IMG/VR virus record: IMGVR_UViG_3300042691_045142 | DNA: 64,000 nt | Strand: one strand, 5' to 3' | DNA from: an uncultured virus (IMG/VR IMGVR_UViG_3300042691_045142) | Lineage: Duplodnaviria > Heunggongvirae > Uroviricota > Caudoviricetes | In this document: positions 1-9,779 of the stretch, in pieces | How positions within the stretch are numbered: position 1 is the stretch's first letter | Layout of the letters: each line of letters opens with the position of its first letter | Program-made: the position numbers and the translations under genes | The notes under the pieces: generated by a model | Seen by the model: the letters and a program-made list of their open reading frames with translations, nothing else | Database searches by the model: none | What the model was told of the DNA's origin: nothing

Positions 1-379
1 CCGACCATGGTGTTTCTTTGCCTCGATAGTGCATGATCCAACGGCCAGAATCTTCATACTCGGTCAAGGTGTTGAAATCATTCAACATTTCATTGAGCTT
101 TTCGCCTATGTTGCTCCGGCGTTTCATTTCAACATATACCAAGTAACGATTGGGTTTGATCTCGCCAGGACTCATGTCAGAGTCCAAGATCCAGTCATAG
201 CCCTTTTCAAACCAGTTCATGAGATCTTTGGCAGCTTCACGATCACGAACAAAAAATGATGCCACGATGATTTCATCATCGTCACCCATTTTACTGGAGA
301 ACTCGTCGATATGCACAGTGGGCTTCATCATGCCCATGAGATCCTTATAATGAAGACCTTCAGATAGTGGGCGGGACAT
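1..379 (-). CDS. Phage hypothetical protein, runs off window start
   Basis: Own translation from ATG at 379: MSRPLSEGLHYKDLMGMMKPTVHIDEFSSKMGDDDEIIVASFFV..., open to position 1; overlaps the end of the 360..953 gene. Confidence 0.7.
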   Translation of the reverse strand, partial: MSRPLSEGLHYKDLMGMMKPTVHIDEFSSKMGDDDEIIVASFFVRDREAAKDLMNWFEKGYDWILDSDMSPGEIKPNRYLVYVEMKRRSNIGEKLNEMLNDFNTLTEYEDSGRWIMHYRGKETPWS

Positions 380-953
380 TGGGCAATCCTCCAGGTGCTT
401 GTAGTTGTGCCTGGGCCTGCTGAGCATTGCCCTGGCTTTGATACTGTTCTTGATCTAGCTCTTGTTCATAGGCCTGATCTAGTTCTTCTAGGTCTATGCT
501 TTCATCTTCCAGCTCAATGGAGCCTGTTTTGATGTCATTCATCAAGTGCTTGGGCATGACGATCTCGACCAGCCACACGGGTTTTTCTGTGAGCTTGGCC
601 TTGTGAGTTCCCTCACGGAAATCTTCGGGCTTGCGTATTTTCATTGGGACTTTGATCTTGGTCTTTTTGTACTTGACATCACAGTCAAAGGGCAACAATC
701 TAGCGGCGCCACGCGGGTCGGGCATGAGTTCTCCAGGCCACATGAATATGCAACCTACCTTGTATTTGCCAATGTCTGGGCCAGCCACGAGCTCGCCCAG
801 GTCCCAGTTTTTAAATGCGTAGATATCCATTTCGTCCATCACACGCTCAAAGTCCATGAGAGTGGCCAAGCTACTGTCACTCATGTAGAGATCTCTGATG
901 TTTTCTGCTACCAGCCAGTAGTCTTGATCGTTTTTAAACAGTTTTTCATCCAT
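360..953 (-). CDS. Phage hypothetical protein
   Basis: 197-aa ORF; TAAATA motif at 961-966 just upstream. Confidence 0.7.
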   Translation of the reverse strand: MDEKLFKNDQDYWLVAENIRDLYMSDSSLATLMDFERVMDEMDIYAFKNWDLGELVAGPDIGKYKVGCIFMWPGELMPDPRGAARLLPFDCDVKYKKTKIKVPMKIRKPEDFREGTHKAKLTEKPVWLVEIVMPKHLMNDIKTGSIELEDESIDLEELDQAYEQELDQEQYQSQGNAQQAQAQLQAPGGLPNVPPTI

Positions 954-969
954 GATTTATTATTTATGG

Positions 970-1539
970 TTAGAATCGGCTTTTGGGTGTGCGCAATAAA
1001 TCTGCTACGCAAGCAGGTAACACAGGAGTTTCCTGGCGCTCAGGATGCCATACCACGCCGTAGATGGGTTTAAATAGATGCCTAAAAGCTTCAGGGTTAC
1101 CGTCATCGTCTAGGGCCAGTGATTCAAAACCTGGTGGCAGTTTCATGATATTCTGGCTGTGATAACTGTTGACCAAGAACTTCTGCCCATTCATGGAAAC
1201 CATGTGTTCAGTTCCCACATGCCCTTCTATGCGACCGTTGATTCCTGCGGCAAGATCATTGACAGCAAATGCTCCGTGACAAAAACCCACGATGGGCTTG
1301 CCCGCAGTTTCGGTGATCTGATAAAGATGATTTTCTGTGAGATGACGGGCCATGCTATCATTTCCACCTGTCATTACTAAACAATCATAATCTATGTTAT
1401 CCCAATCATGGTTGGGTATATTGGGTGCAAGGATCAATTCATGACCGGCCAACAAATGATGCCACGATCTTTCTAAAGAATCGTGTACAAAGAAAAATGG
1501 CGGATTTTTGTGTTCGGCTTGTGTGATTAGAATCTTCAT
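970..1539 (-). CDS. Class I glutamine amidotransferase / peptidase C26 family protein
   Basis: TGGND, GFCHG (nucleophile Cys), VNSYH and WHPE motifs. Confidence 0.85.
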   Translation of the reverse strand: MKILITQAEHKNPPFFFVHDSLERSWHHLLAGHELILAPNIPNHDWDNIDYDCLVMTGGNDSMARHLTENHLYQITETAGKPIVGFCHGAFAVNDLAAGINGRIEGHVGTEHMVSMNGQKFLVNSYHSQNIMKLPPGFESLALDDDGNPEAFRHLFKPIYGVVWHPERQETPVLPACVADLLRTPKSRF

Positions 1540-1592
1540 AAAAAAAGGGCTCTAACATTAGTTATCGCCCTTGTTTTGTATGGTTAGAAATC

Positions 1593-2324
1593 TTAGATTT
1601 CTACACAGAGTTGACGTGGTGGCTCGCCATAAGCGTTGCGCATCATCGACTTGATTTCCTCTGTGGGAGGGAACAGTGCAATCGAATGGCACTCATAGAG
1701 GTCCCAGTAGATTTCACGTGCAACCCGGAGAGCTTTTTCTTGAGCTTCAGGAGTTTCGCACATTTTTTCCAACTGCATACGACCAATGCTCATATGGAAC
1801 TTTTCGTCCTTGGCAATCTTGGCATAACGACGCTTGATAAAGTCATCAAATGCACAGTCAGCCATGGTTGCCCAAACGTGGCTGCCTTGGCCTTCAACCA
1901 AGAACTGATACACAGCAAGAATCAATGGATCATTGTGTGCTTCGTATTTCTTGATCAACATAACGCCATAACCTGGGCGTGGTTGGCCGTGTGTTTCGTT
2001 GAACTGGTTTAGATCAACAGGCTCGCCTGTGATGTGCTCCAGTACTTCGCAAACCAAACGGAAATGTTCGGCTTCGTCGAATGCTTGCTTGGCCAGCAAC
2101 TTGGCTTCGTCTGCTGGTGTGTCAACCGGAAGCTCACTTACTTTCTTAGAGATTTCTACCATGTTCCAACGCTCGTTAAACATGCGCACTTTAAAAAAAT
2201 CAGCCATTTTTTCTTTGGTCAAATCGGGCTGAGAAAAGTACATGCGGCATTGTTTTTCAGAGATATCAAACAGGGTTTGAAAATCTTCTCTTAAATCTTT
2301 GACAAACTGTTTAGCTGATTTCAT
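1593..2324 (-). CDS. Ferritin-like di-iron carboxylate protein (copy 1)
   Basis: E..DEAEH..E..DEKFH ligand pattern; start reset to MKSAK at 2324 (AAGGA upstream, matches paralogue start). Confidence 0.8.
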   Translation of the reverse strand: MKSAKQFVKDLREDFQTLFDISEKQCRMYFSQPDLTKEKMADFFKVRMFNERWNMVEISKKVSELPVDTPADEAKLLAKQAFDEAEHFRLVCEVLEHITGEPVDLNQFNETHGQPRPGYGVMLIKKYEAHNDPLILAVYQFLVEGQGSHVWATMADCAFDDFIKRRYAKIAKDEKFHMSIGRMQLEKMCETPEAQEKALRVAREIYWDLYECHSIALFPPTEEIKSMMRNAYGEPPRQLCVEI

Positions 2325-2536
2325 GTGTTTATTTCCTTTAATCACGCACCCATTATTGGTGCTACTGTTATTTATTATCTTTGGCTGTAAAATTTTCTGG
2401 GCCAAATTCAGATATTTGCACTGGAGCCTAATACTTAGCAGGAAAAAATCAGGAATGTATTATGTTTTATGGGCGACAGCAGACACCTAAATATTTACGT
2501 GAGGTAGCGCACGATATGTTCAAAGGAGAATTTACA

Positions 2537-3265
2537 TTGAGTAGAGCAAGAGGGGCAAAAGCCCAAAAACGTATTCAGATCCAAGAAAACACCATCAACT
2601 TCAATCAAGCACTCAAACAAAGCCGGCACGTAGAACTTGTGCCAAAAACCCGCAACCAAGAAACCCTAATAGTAAACTTGTTAGATCCCAGCCAGCACAT
2701 AGTGGTGGCTGTAGGTCCTGCTGGCACGGGCAAGACCTATCTGGCCATGCAAGCGGCCATCAAGGCTCTCAAACAAGGACAATGCGAAAGGATAGTTTTG
2801 ACCCGTCCTGCGGTGGGTGTAGAAGATGAGCGTCATGGATTCCTGCCCGGAGATTTAATCTCAAAAATGGAGCCGTGGACCAGACCACTCTTAGATGTGT
2901 TGCGTGAGTATTATAGCCCTCGAGACATCGTTAAAATGATGGACGATCAGATCATAGAAATCTCCCCCTTGGCTTACATGCGGGGACGTACTTTCAAATC
3001 TGCTTGGATCATTGGCGATGAAATGCAAAATGCCACTCCCGGACAAATGAAAATGCTTTTGAGTCGCATTGGTCGCGGCTCAAAGATTGTAGTTACGGGT
3101 GACGTTGAACAAACCGATCGAACTAAAAAAGATAATGGCCTCCTAGATCTCTGTGAGAGACTGAAAGCGCAAGACGCAAATGGCCTATGTGTTTGTGAAC
3201 TAGGAAAGCGGGATATCCAACGTCACCCTATCATTGATACTGTGTTAGGATTATACAGTACATAG
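2537..3265 (+). CDS. phoH: PhoH-family ATPase
   Basis: GPAGTGKT, LTRPAV, GFLPGD, LAYMRGRT, DEMQN, TGDxxQxD; probable TTG start after AAGGAG. Confidence 0.95.
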   Translation: MSRARGAKAQKRIQIQENTINFNQALKQSRHVELVPKTRNQETLIVNLLDPSQHIVVAVGPAGTGKTYLAMQAAIKALKQGQCERIVLTRPAVGVEDERHGFLPGDLISKMEPWTRPLLDVLREYYSPRDIVKMMDDQIIEISPLAYMRGRTFKSAWIIGDEMQNATPGQMKMLLSRIGRGSKIVVTGDVEQTDRTKKDNGLLDLCERLKAQDANGLCVCELGKRDIQRHPIIDTVLGLYST

Positions 3266-3295
3266 AAAAACAGCACCTTCGGGTGCTGTCTTTTT
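3266..3295. terminator. Bidirectional intrinsic terminator
   Basis: ACAGCACC-TTCG-GGTGCTGT hairpin with A- and T-tracts between convergent genes. Confidence 0.85.
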
Positions 3296-4283
3296 ATTTG
3301 TTATTGATCTGTTTAAGGATATTATCAACCAACGGCTGATATTGCTTTTCTAACTGTCGTATATAAGAACCAAATGACTGAGCTGTTTGTAATGTGGGCT
3401 CATCTTGAAAAAGATTGTTCTCAAAAATAGTTCTCACTTCTTCTGAGCGTAGAGCCTTGGTAAACTCATTTTGATACCAGGTCACTGCTTCAGGTGGTGT
3501 ATTTTTGTGCAACATCAATCCCCATCCAGCTGGCACATTGAATCCAGGCAAGGCCGAACTCATCAACCGAACATTAGGCAGTTGTTTCAGCGTTTTGTTA
3601 CCTGACAGTGCAATAGCCTTGACTCTACCATCTTGAATAAATGGGTAAGCTACACTCACTGGAGTCACTGCAAACCTCACATGGCCGCCGGCAATGGCGT
3701 TGAGAGTTTCGGCGGGACCCTTGTGTTCAATCCGCACCACCCCGGCATCACCCTGTGGAAACCTTGTACGAGCTGACAGAGTTTCATATGCCAGTCTTGC
3801 GCCGCCCAAAGCATCAAATGTTGATTTTTCAGTTTTCAATGCTTGAATCAACTGTTCAGGAGTATTAACGGTGTCACGGGGATGTGTAATAAAAACAAAG
3901 TTTGAACTGGCAGCCAACAATGGATACACAAATGTGTCTGTGGTATAGGTTCGATTGATTGGATCAGGCACTGCTACCTTGTCCATGGCAGTGATGCCTG
4001 GCACTGATACCATGGTCAATGCGTGGCCGTCGGCTGGTAGCTTACTGAAATATTCAGTGCCCACCACACCTGATGCGCCTGGGCGATTGTTTACAATAAA
4101 CTTTACTCCAGGATTATTGGCTTCTACTTGTTTGGCCAGCACACGAAATATGATTTCGTTGGCCGAGCCCGGAGTCCACGCCATAACAGCTTCTACAGGT
4201 TTGGTTGGTTGCCAGGCCTGGGCCATGGCAGAAGCAACTACACCCACTGCCATCAATGTTGACAAAACAATCTTCTTAAACAT
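3294..4283 (-). CDS. Bug/TctC tripartite tricarboxylate transporter substrate-binding protein (copy 1)
   Basis: Signal peptide, WQPTKPV, NRPGASGVVG, PADGH, GRVKAIA, TPPE motifs. Confidence 0.9.
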   Translation of the reverse strand: MFKKIVLSTLMAVGVVASAMAQAWQPTKPVEAVMAWTPGSANEIIFRVLAKQVEANNPGVKFIVNNRPGASGVVGTEYFSKLPADGHALTMVSVPGITAMDKVAVPDPINRTYTTDTFVYPLLAASSNFVFITHPRDTVNTPEQLIQALKTEKSTFDALGGARLAYETLSARTRFPQGDAGVVRIEHKGPAETLNAIAGGHVRFAVTPVSVAYPFIQDGRVKAIALSGNKTLKQLPNVRLMSSALPGFNVPAGWGLMLHKNTPPEAVTWYQNEFTKALRSEEVRTIFENNLFQDEPTLQTAQSFGSYIRQLEKQYQPLVDNILKQINNK

Positions 4284-4304
4284 GAAATCTCCTTGATATA
4301 TTCG

Positions 4305-4913
4305 TTAACTAGTTAGCCTAGCGTAAATCTCTTTCCAATTTTTCACCGTGACAACACCTTCGTGGTAGTAGTGCATGTTATGTCCGTGCTCGATCAGCAA
4401 AGGTTTAAGCCCCAAGTGATATCCAGCTTCGGCATTTTCGGGCTTGTCTTCGATCCACCAGCAACCCGTACCTTCGTATTCTTCCAAGGCTTCGTCTTTA
4501 GGTGCACCGGTGTCCAAGCACACAATCCTTTCAAAGGCAGTGGGGCCAAATAACTTTTGCAAGTTCATTTCTCGAAGTTTTTGTGCGTTAGGGTCCAGAC
4601 TCAAACTGGTAATGCAGTGGAATCTGTATCCTAGCTCTTCATGTAATCGTTTGACATAATACATTGAATCTCGGAGAGCTGGTAAAAAGCCAATGGCCGC
4701 TGATTCATTAAAGATGCGTATTAGTTTTCTGATTTGTTCTCTAGGCACACCGTAGCGAGCAGCCATGTCATAGCTGAGTTTAGATCCAGGTATTTCTTCA
4801 AACCCATGTTCCTGCATCCAGACGTTAAAAGCCCACTCCCAGTCAAGGAGTACACCATCTGCATCAACTAGGATCAGGCGATCCAGATTTTTCCACCGTG
4901 ACTTCATAACCAT
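4305..4913 (-). CDS. HAD-family 5'(3')-deoxyribonucleotidase-like protein
   Basis: DADGVLLD motif I and IEDK motif; true start may be a few codons downstream. Confidence 0.8.
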   Translation of the reverse strand: MVMKSRWKNLDRLILVDADGVLLDWEWAFNVWMQEHGFEEIPGSKLSYDMAARYGVPREQIRKLIRIFNESAAIGFLPALRDSMYYVKRLHEELGYRFHCITSLSLDPNAQKLREMNLQKLFGPTAFERIVCLDTGAPKDEALEEYEGTGCWWIEDKPENAEAGYHLGLKPLLIEHGHNMHYYHEGVVTVKNWKEIYARLTS

Positions 4914-5154
4914 TTTCCTTAAACAAGCGTTCTATGATATTGGGGTAGTGTTGGTGATAAAAACTCACGATCTTTTGGAAATCTCGAGGAACCACTACAC
5001 CTCCCATGCTTGATTTTAACACAGAACAGGTTTTAAAGTCAAGTATAACGGATGCTGATTGTAGGTCTCTGGTGCGAACCTTTTTACTAACTTCAGTGAC
5101 TTCATCTACTTTGCCATTGGGTTTGGTGTAGTAAGTGACGATAAAATATCTCAT
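4864..5154 (-). CDS. Hypothetical protein
   Basis: 96-aa ORF coupled to neighbours. Confidence 0.65.
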   Translation of the reverse strand: MRYFIVTYYTKPNGKVDEVTEVSKKVRTRDLQSASVILDFKTCSVLKSSMGGVVVPRDFQKIVSFYHQHYPNIIERLFKENGYEVTVEKSGSPDPS

Positions 5155-6284
5155 TGATAGTAGTCCTTGGTATATTTTTTAAACATTGAATGGTACGATT
5201 CTGTATTGGCTGCTTTTGGTGCGCATAATCCACAATGGCATTTTGATTTAGCACAGATTATCGTAGACATAGATTTATTTTTTAAATCATGATCAAGACT
5301 ATCAATGATAGACTGAGTATCCGTCAATGTTCCAATGGGCCCAACTGTGCCATCAAACCGCATTTTACAATCTCTATTGACAAAAATTTCACCGTTGACT
5401 TGTTTGACATATAAGAAAAACCAGTTAACACTGCAACTCCAACCAGGAAACTTGTTGTCAAGGACGTAGAACTTTTTTTCTTTTTGATTGGTGTTTTCGC
5501 ACATGGATCTTCCACCGCAACAGGCTCTACCCGTGTTGCTGAGATTTATTTCATTATCTCCGCCAATCAGCTGAGTTTGTTTGTTGGTGCTCTTGGATCT
5601 ATACAAGCTATCAAACCATTTGACTTGTTGTGGATTGTAGTTTAGTGTATCTGTAGTTTGATCATCCAGCTGTCGTGGCAGTATTTGGATATCGTGTTGT
5701 TTCAACCAATCAATCATAGCTTGGCTATCTGCAAACTTCTCAGGATCGGTATGCATTAGCACAACAGATTTTAGTCGGCGGCCTGCCTGTTTTATTTTTA
5801 GAATATTATCTTTATATTGTTGTTTTTGTCTGTCAGTGCTTTCACTGTGATAGCTGACAGTAAACTCATCAATCAACGGAATGATCTGATCCATCTTTCG
5901 TTCGCTGACCACGGCATTAGTTGTGGTAGTCACTGTGAGGTGCCACCGATCTTTGTAGGATTGATATCGTTGATGCACCTGCTCTAGTATTTCTACTATA
6001 TCAGGATGATGCAAACTTTCCCCACCATACACATTGAGTACTACGTACTTAAGACCTTTAGGTTTGTATTTCATGTAGAGATCTACATATTCAAACATGA
6101 AGTCAATGGTCTTAAGGCATTGATCCAAAGGTGGATGGGCAGTAGAGTTATCATGGCCTGCGTATATTCCTGTCAAACAATAACTGCAATCAAGATTACA
6201 CTTCATTGTGAGTTCCCAATCCAACAGGAATACTATCCTGTTGACCGGGTCAATCGTTGGTTCGAGTGTGTGTCTTTCAAGCAT
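5151..6284 (-). CDS. Radical SAM protein with C-terminal Cys cluster
   Basis: CNLDCSYC, YGGE, TTN, SYH motifs; C-terminal CC...C...CAKSKCHCGLC. Confidence 0.9.
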   Translation of the reverse strand: MLERHTLEPTIDPVNRIVFLLDWELTMKCNLDCSYCLTGIYAGHDNSTAHPPLDQCLKTIDFMFEYVDLYMKYKPKGLKYVVLNVYGGESLHHPDIVEILEQVHQRYQSYKDRWHLTVTTTTNAVVSERKMDQIIPLIDEFTVSYHSESTDRQKQQYKDNILKIKQAGRRLKSVVLMHTDPEKFADSQAMIDWLKQHDIQILPRQLDDQTTDTLNYNPQQVKWFDSLYRSKSTNKQTQLIGGDNEINLSNTGRACCGGRSMCENTNQKEKKFYVLDNKFPGWSCSVNWFFLYVKQVNGEIFVNRDCKMRFDGTVGPIGTLTDTQSIIDSLDHDLKNKSMSTIICAKSKCHCGLCAPKAANTESYHSMFKKYTKDYYQ

Positions 6285-7200
6285 CCAACTGGCTGAGTTC
6301 TATCAGTGTGGCGCTCAAATTGATTTCTTGATCTGCGACCAAAGGCACATTGGCCAGGCCATTGCGTATGATCACGATGGCCTGATCCTGTTTCTGTGTG
6401 TCCTTGCTCCAGAGATTGATGTTGTCATACATCCAGCGGAATATTTCTTCCATTTCTTCGGGACGAGCTGATGCACACATCAACTTGCGAGCTTCTGTGA
6501 TCTTGCCTGCTTTGAACAAGTTGACCACATCCAGTTTCCATTCTTTTACACCGCCTTCGTCGCCATGTGGTGGAACCAGTGTGCCATCTTGGCTGTTCAT
6601 CTGACACATGTTCAAACATTTGCGCATGTCTGGATAAGTGGCTTTGACATAAGTGTCTAGCGTATCAAGATCAAACTCTACAGATTCCGCCACAAGAACA
6701 GTAGCCATGCGAGCAGTAAACTCAGTGACATCAACCCGTTCAATATGAAATCCTTGACATCTACTATGCAAGGCAGGAATAACACGGTTAGGATAGTTGC
6801 AAGTAAGAATAAATCTAGCGGACGCATGATACGTTTCCATAACGCCACGCAAGGCCGCTTGTCCATTGGGACTAATGTAGTCTGCTTCATCTAGTAACAC
6901 CACCTTGAATATGCCAAATGGCATGGTTTGTACAAATCCTGTGATCTTGTCACGTATGGTATCCACAGAGTTTTCACGGCTGGCGTTGATCTCCAAGACA
7001 TCATAGTCATCGATGCCCAGTTGATTGATCAAGATCTTGGCCAGGGTAGTTTTGCCCACGCCCGGCGCACCTGAAAACAACAAGTGCGGAATAGATTTTG
7101 ATTGGATCCATCCTTGTACTTGCTGGCGTTGCGAGTCATCACGGAACACATAACCATCTATGTCACGTGGGCGATATTTTTCTGTCCAGAGTTCTTTCAT
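6277..7200 (-). CDS. Clamp loader AAA+ subunit (RFC small subunit / T4 gp44-like)
   Basis: WTEKYRP, GAPGVGKT, EINAS, LLDEAD, SRC motifs. Confidence 0.95.
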   Translation of the reverse strand: MKELWTEKYRPRDIDGYVFRDDSQRQQVQGWIQSKSIPHLLFSGAPGVGKTTLAKILINQLGIDDYDVLEINASRENSVDTIRDKITGFVQTMPFGIFKVVLLDEADYISPNGQAALRGVMETYHASARFILTCNYPNRVIPALHSRCQGFHIERVDVTEFTARMATVLVAESVEFDLDTLDTYVKATYPDMRKCLNMCQMNSQDGTLVPPHGDEGGVKEWKLDVVNLFKAGKITEARKLMCASARPEEMEEIFRWMYDNINLWSKDTQKQDQAIVIIRNGLANVPLVADQEINLSATLIELSQLDA

Positions 7201-7312
7201 TTCTTCTTACCAATCCCATGTTTTGTGTAATCGCACAGACTGTGATATCCCATTTTGTAGCAGGCACAATGACTGCCCAGTATCCAGCGAGCCAAGGCCA
7301 TACGTAATCGAG

Positions 7313-7519
7313 TCATTGTGATCTGCCAGAAGTACAACTATCGTTCCAAAGTTCTTGCGCTTGTTTGCGATATTCTTCTAGTTCCCATTCACTGAGTTTA
7401 ACACGATAAGCCTCTTCTGTCAAGGCATGCCACCCACAGCATTTACCTGTGGGTGAGCGGCCACATCCGCATGAGGCACCACCTTCACTAATCTGATCTG
7501 CTCGAATCTGCATCTTCAT
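7313..7519 (-). CDS. CDGSH-type iron-sulfur domain small protein
   Basis: CGCGRSPTGKCCGWH resembles the CDGSH consensus. Confidence 0.6.
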   Translation of the reverse strand: MKMQIRADQISEGGASCGCGRSPTGKCCGWHALTEEAYRVKLSEWELEEYRKQAQELWNDSCTSGRSQ

Positions 7520-7691
7520 TATCCTCTAAGTCATAGTATTCGTTTCGGAGCCAAGCCTGGGCCTGGCGTTCACCTTCTTCTCGCTGGATGCGTTTTAGGT
7601 TCTGCAGGGTCTCTCGGTTGGTAGACCCGATCACGTTGGCCCAACGATGGGCTACTTCCAGCGTTTCTATATTGATTTTTTTACCAGTCAT
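7488..7691 (-). CDS. Hypothetical protein
   Basis: 67-aa ORF in operon. Confidence 0.5.
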   Translation of the reverse strand: MTGKKINIETLEVAHRWANVIGSTNRETLQNLKRIQREEGERQAQAWLRNEYYDLEDNEDADSSRSD

Positions 7692-7839
7692 TTTGATCGG
7701 AAAAAATTCGCGATAGCTTTTATTAGATTATAGTATCTTGCTCGGTATATGTCAATGGTCGGAGGGTGATGTGGACAACGTCCTTGTTGCCAATCGCAGG
7801 CAGGAGTGTAAACCTTTTTACAGGTATCACAGTGCCGGA

Positions 7840-8214
7840 TCATGTGCCCGATACGGCCTCGGATATAGTATCATCCGAACCTGGATGCTCGTCCGAGACC
7901 AAGAGTATGTCTTTGGGATCGATTTTACGAATGGTTTTTGGACCCTCGTCATCTTCGATTTCTAAGCCACGGGTCCAACGACCATGAGCTACGCAGACCC
8001 ATTGTCCTACTTGTACGTCTTGTTGATCAGGTCCGATTTCGTAAACACGACCCCAGCGTGGACGGATGCCTTCGCTTTTGCCGTTGTCATTCATCAGTAT
8101 GATACCACTGGAAAGCTGGCGGCCTTTGAATTCCATGTCGCAGACCAGTATGTTATCACGCAGGGCTTGTAGTTTCTTTATGCGATGGGGTGCAAATGCG
8201 GCTTTGATTTCCAT
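7840..8214 (-). CDS. groES: GroES/Cpn10-like co-chaperonin
   Basis: LRDNILV..SSGIIL..GRVYEIGP..VQVGQWV..DILLV pattern. Confidence 0.85.
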   Translation of the reverse strand: MEIKAAFAPHRIKKLQALRDNILVCDMEFKGRQLSSGIILMNDNGKSEGIRPRWGRVYEIGPDQQDVQVGQWVCVAHGRWTRGLEIEDDEGPKTIRKIDPKDILLVSDEHPGSDDTISEAVSGT

Positions 8215-8660
8215 TAGATCTTCCTTACTCCGGGTGTGCTTTGTGCTTGTTGTCTGGGAGACTTCAAGGGCTCTTGTTTGATCTGTCTTGCCTTGGCGAT
8301 GGCAGCGGCCAGGCCGCCTTCGCTGGCGGGTTCTTGGGCAGGTGCAGATTCTGACACCACTGGGTCCTCGGTCACTGGTTCGGGTGCCACAACAACTTCT
8401 TCCGCTGAGACATCTGCCTGTGCCTGTGCATGTTTGCGACTGGAAACCACAGGCGCTTCGCTGACGTTAGTGACCTGTCGATTGTATTGTTTGCTGACTT
8501 GTTGTGTGCGTCGAGTCATGGGACGATTGTTGTGATCCACTAGATCTCCGCGAGCATTGACATTCATGTTGCCCACTGCTCGCACGTTTTCATTTTGAAG
8601 CTGAATAGCACCAAGATCTACGATCTTTCCCTGTGCTGTTCGATATACTCTTTTTGTCAT
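8214..8660 (-). CDS. Hypothetical protein
   Basis: AGGAG RBS and TAAATA at 8681-8686 upstream; AVGNMNVNARGD conserved-looking core. Confidence 0.75.
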   Translation of the reverse strand: MTKRVYRTAQGKIVDLGAIQLQNENVRAVGNMNVNARGDLVDHNNRPMTRRTQQVSKQYNRQVTNVSEAPVVSSRKHAQAQADVSAEEVVVAPEPVTEDPVVSESAPAQEPASEGGLAAAIAKARQIKQEPLKSPRQQAQSTPGVRKI

Positions 8661-8683
8661 GATAAAACTCCTTGTTGGTGTAT

Positions 8684-9202
8684 TTAACGCAGGAATTCTG
8701 CAGGATCTAAATCATAGTACATGCTGTCAATCCTATGTACGCCCAGCAGATACAGCACATAACTGGCCACTGAACTGCCACGTCCTACTCCCCAAATCAC
8801 CTGGTTGGCCCGCATGGTATCCACTAGATATTTTAGATACTTCAGCAGGTCAAATAGATCTCTTTCCTGGAACAGCAATAGCTCTTGCCCTACTCGCTGT
8901 AGCTCTGCGTCTGTTTGGCAAAGATTCAACACATGAGCCGCAATGTCTAGTTGCTTGTATTCCTCGGGCATGAACCATGTACTTTGGCAACGATGATCAT
9001 AGGCTTCCTGTGTGAGATCTTCCTCACACATCTGATCATACTCAATGAATGCAGGAACGTTCTCCAGTATATGAGCCATTTCTTCTCTGCTGATTCGATC
9101 CACAAACATGCCTTCAAACACTGAAAGATCGTGACCCTGCATCAAGAGATCGCAGATATCATCTTCGCTGTAGATCTGTTCGCCAAACTTATTCGTTATC
9201 AT
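8684..9202 (-). CDS. dnaE: DNA polymerase III alpha (DnaE) fragment
   Basis: RVxxEL..YLVD..WGVGRGSSVASYVLYLLGV..FL; ends before the catalytic PDxD motif. Confidence 0.85.
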   Translation of the reverse strand: MITNKFGEQIYSEDDICDLLMQGHDLSVFEGMFVDRISREEMAHILENVPAFIEYDQMCEEDLTQEAYDHRCQSTWFMPEEYKQLDIAAHVLNLCQTDAELQRVGQELLLFQERDLFDLLKYLKYLVDTMRANQVIWGVGRGSSVASYVLYLLGVHRIDSMYYDLDPAEFLR

Positions 9203-9779
9203 CTTTGCGGAATGCCACCACTGTGTTGCCTTTGTTATTGTCTTCCTTGTCGTCCCAGTCCAGGCCCAACAGTTGCCAGGTAGTGGTGCCTCGGATGCTG
9301 ACTATTTTACCGCCATCCTTGCTGTCGCTGACAGTGGGATCAGTGCTGTTCCACCAGCCCTTTTGGGCAAATGGCCCAATGGTTTCGTTGTCGCTTTGGA
9401 AGTATGTGATATTTTCGCCCAGTTCAGAACTCAGTCGTAGCTGAGTCATGGCCAATCGACCTTCCATGACCGAGTCCAGTTTAGAGTATAACATCATGCC
9501 AATGATCTGGTCAACCGGCTGTTCGGGCAGGATCACTGTGCGCAGACCCGCGGCCTGTAGTCGCTTGATAGCGGCTTTTTCTCGCTGATCGACAAACACT
9601 GAGTTTTGCATCTGCATGAATAAGATGTATTTCAGCCGCTCCAGAGCAATGTTCTGCTCTCTGCCGTCTCTAGTATTAGTCATCATCTCACAGCGAACCA
9701 CATAGGAGTTCATCATCACCGAGTCTTCCCAATAGGCCGCGGCCAGGAACTCTGCTGGATATTCTATTTTTACATTCAT
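9189..9779 (-). CDS. Hypothetical protein
   Basis: 196-aa ORF overlapping both neighbours. Confidence 0.75.
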   Translation of the reverse strand: MNVKIEYPAEFLAAAYWEDSVMMNSYVVRCEMMTNTRDGREQNIALERLKYILFMQMQNSVFVDQREKAAIKRLQAAGLRTVILPEQPVDQIIGMMLYSKLDSVMEGRLAMTQLRLSSELGENITYFQSDNETIGPFAQKGWWNSTDPTVSDSKDGGKIVSIRGTTTWQLLGLDWDDKEDNNKGNTVVAFRKDDNE

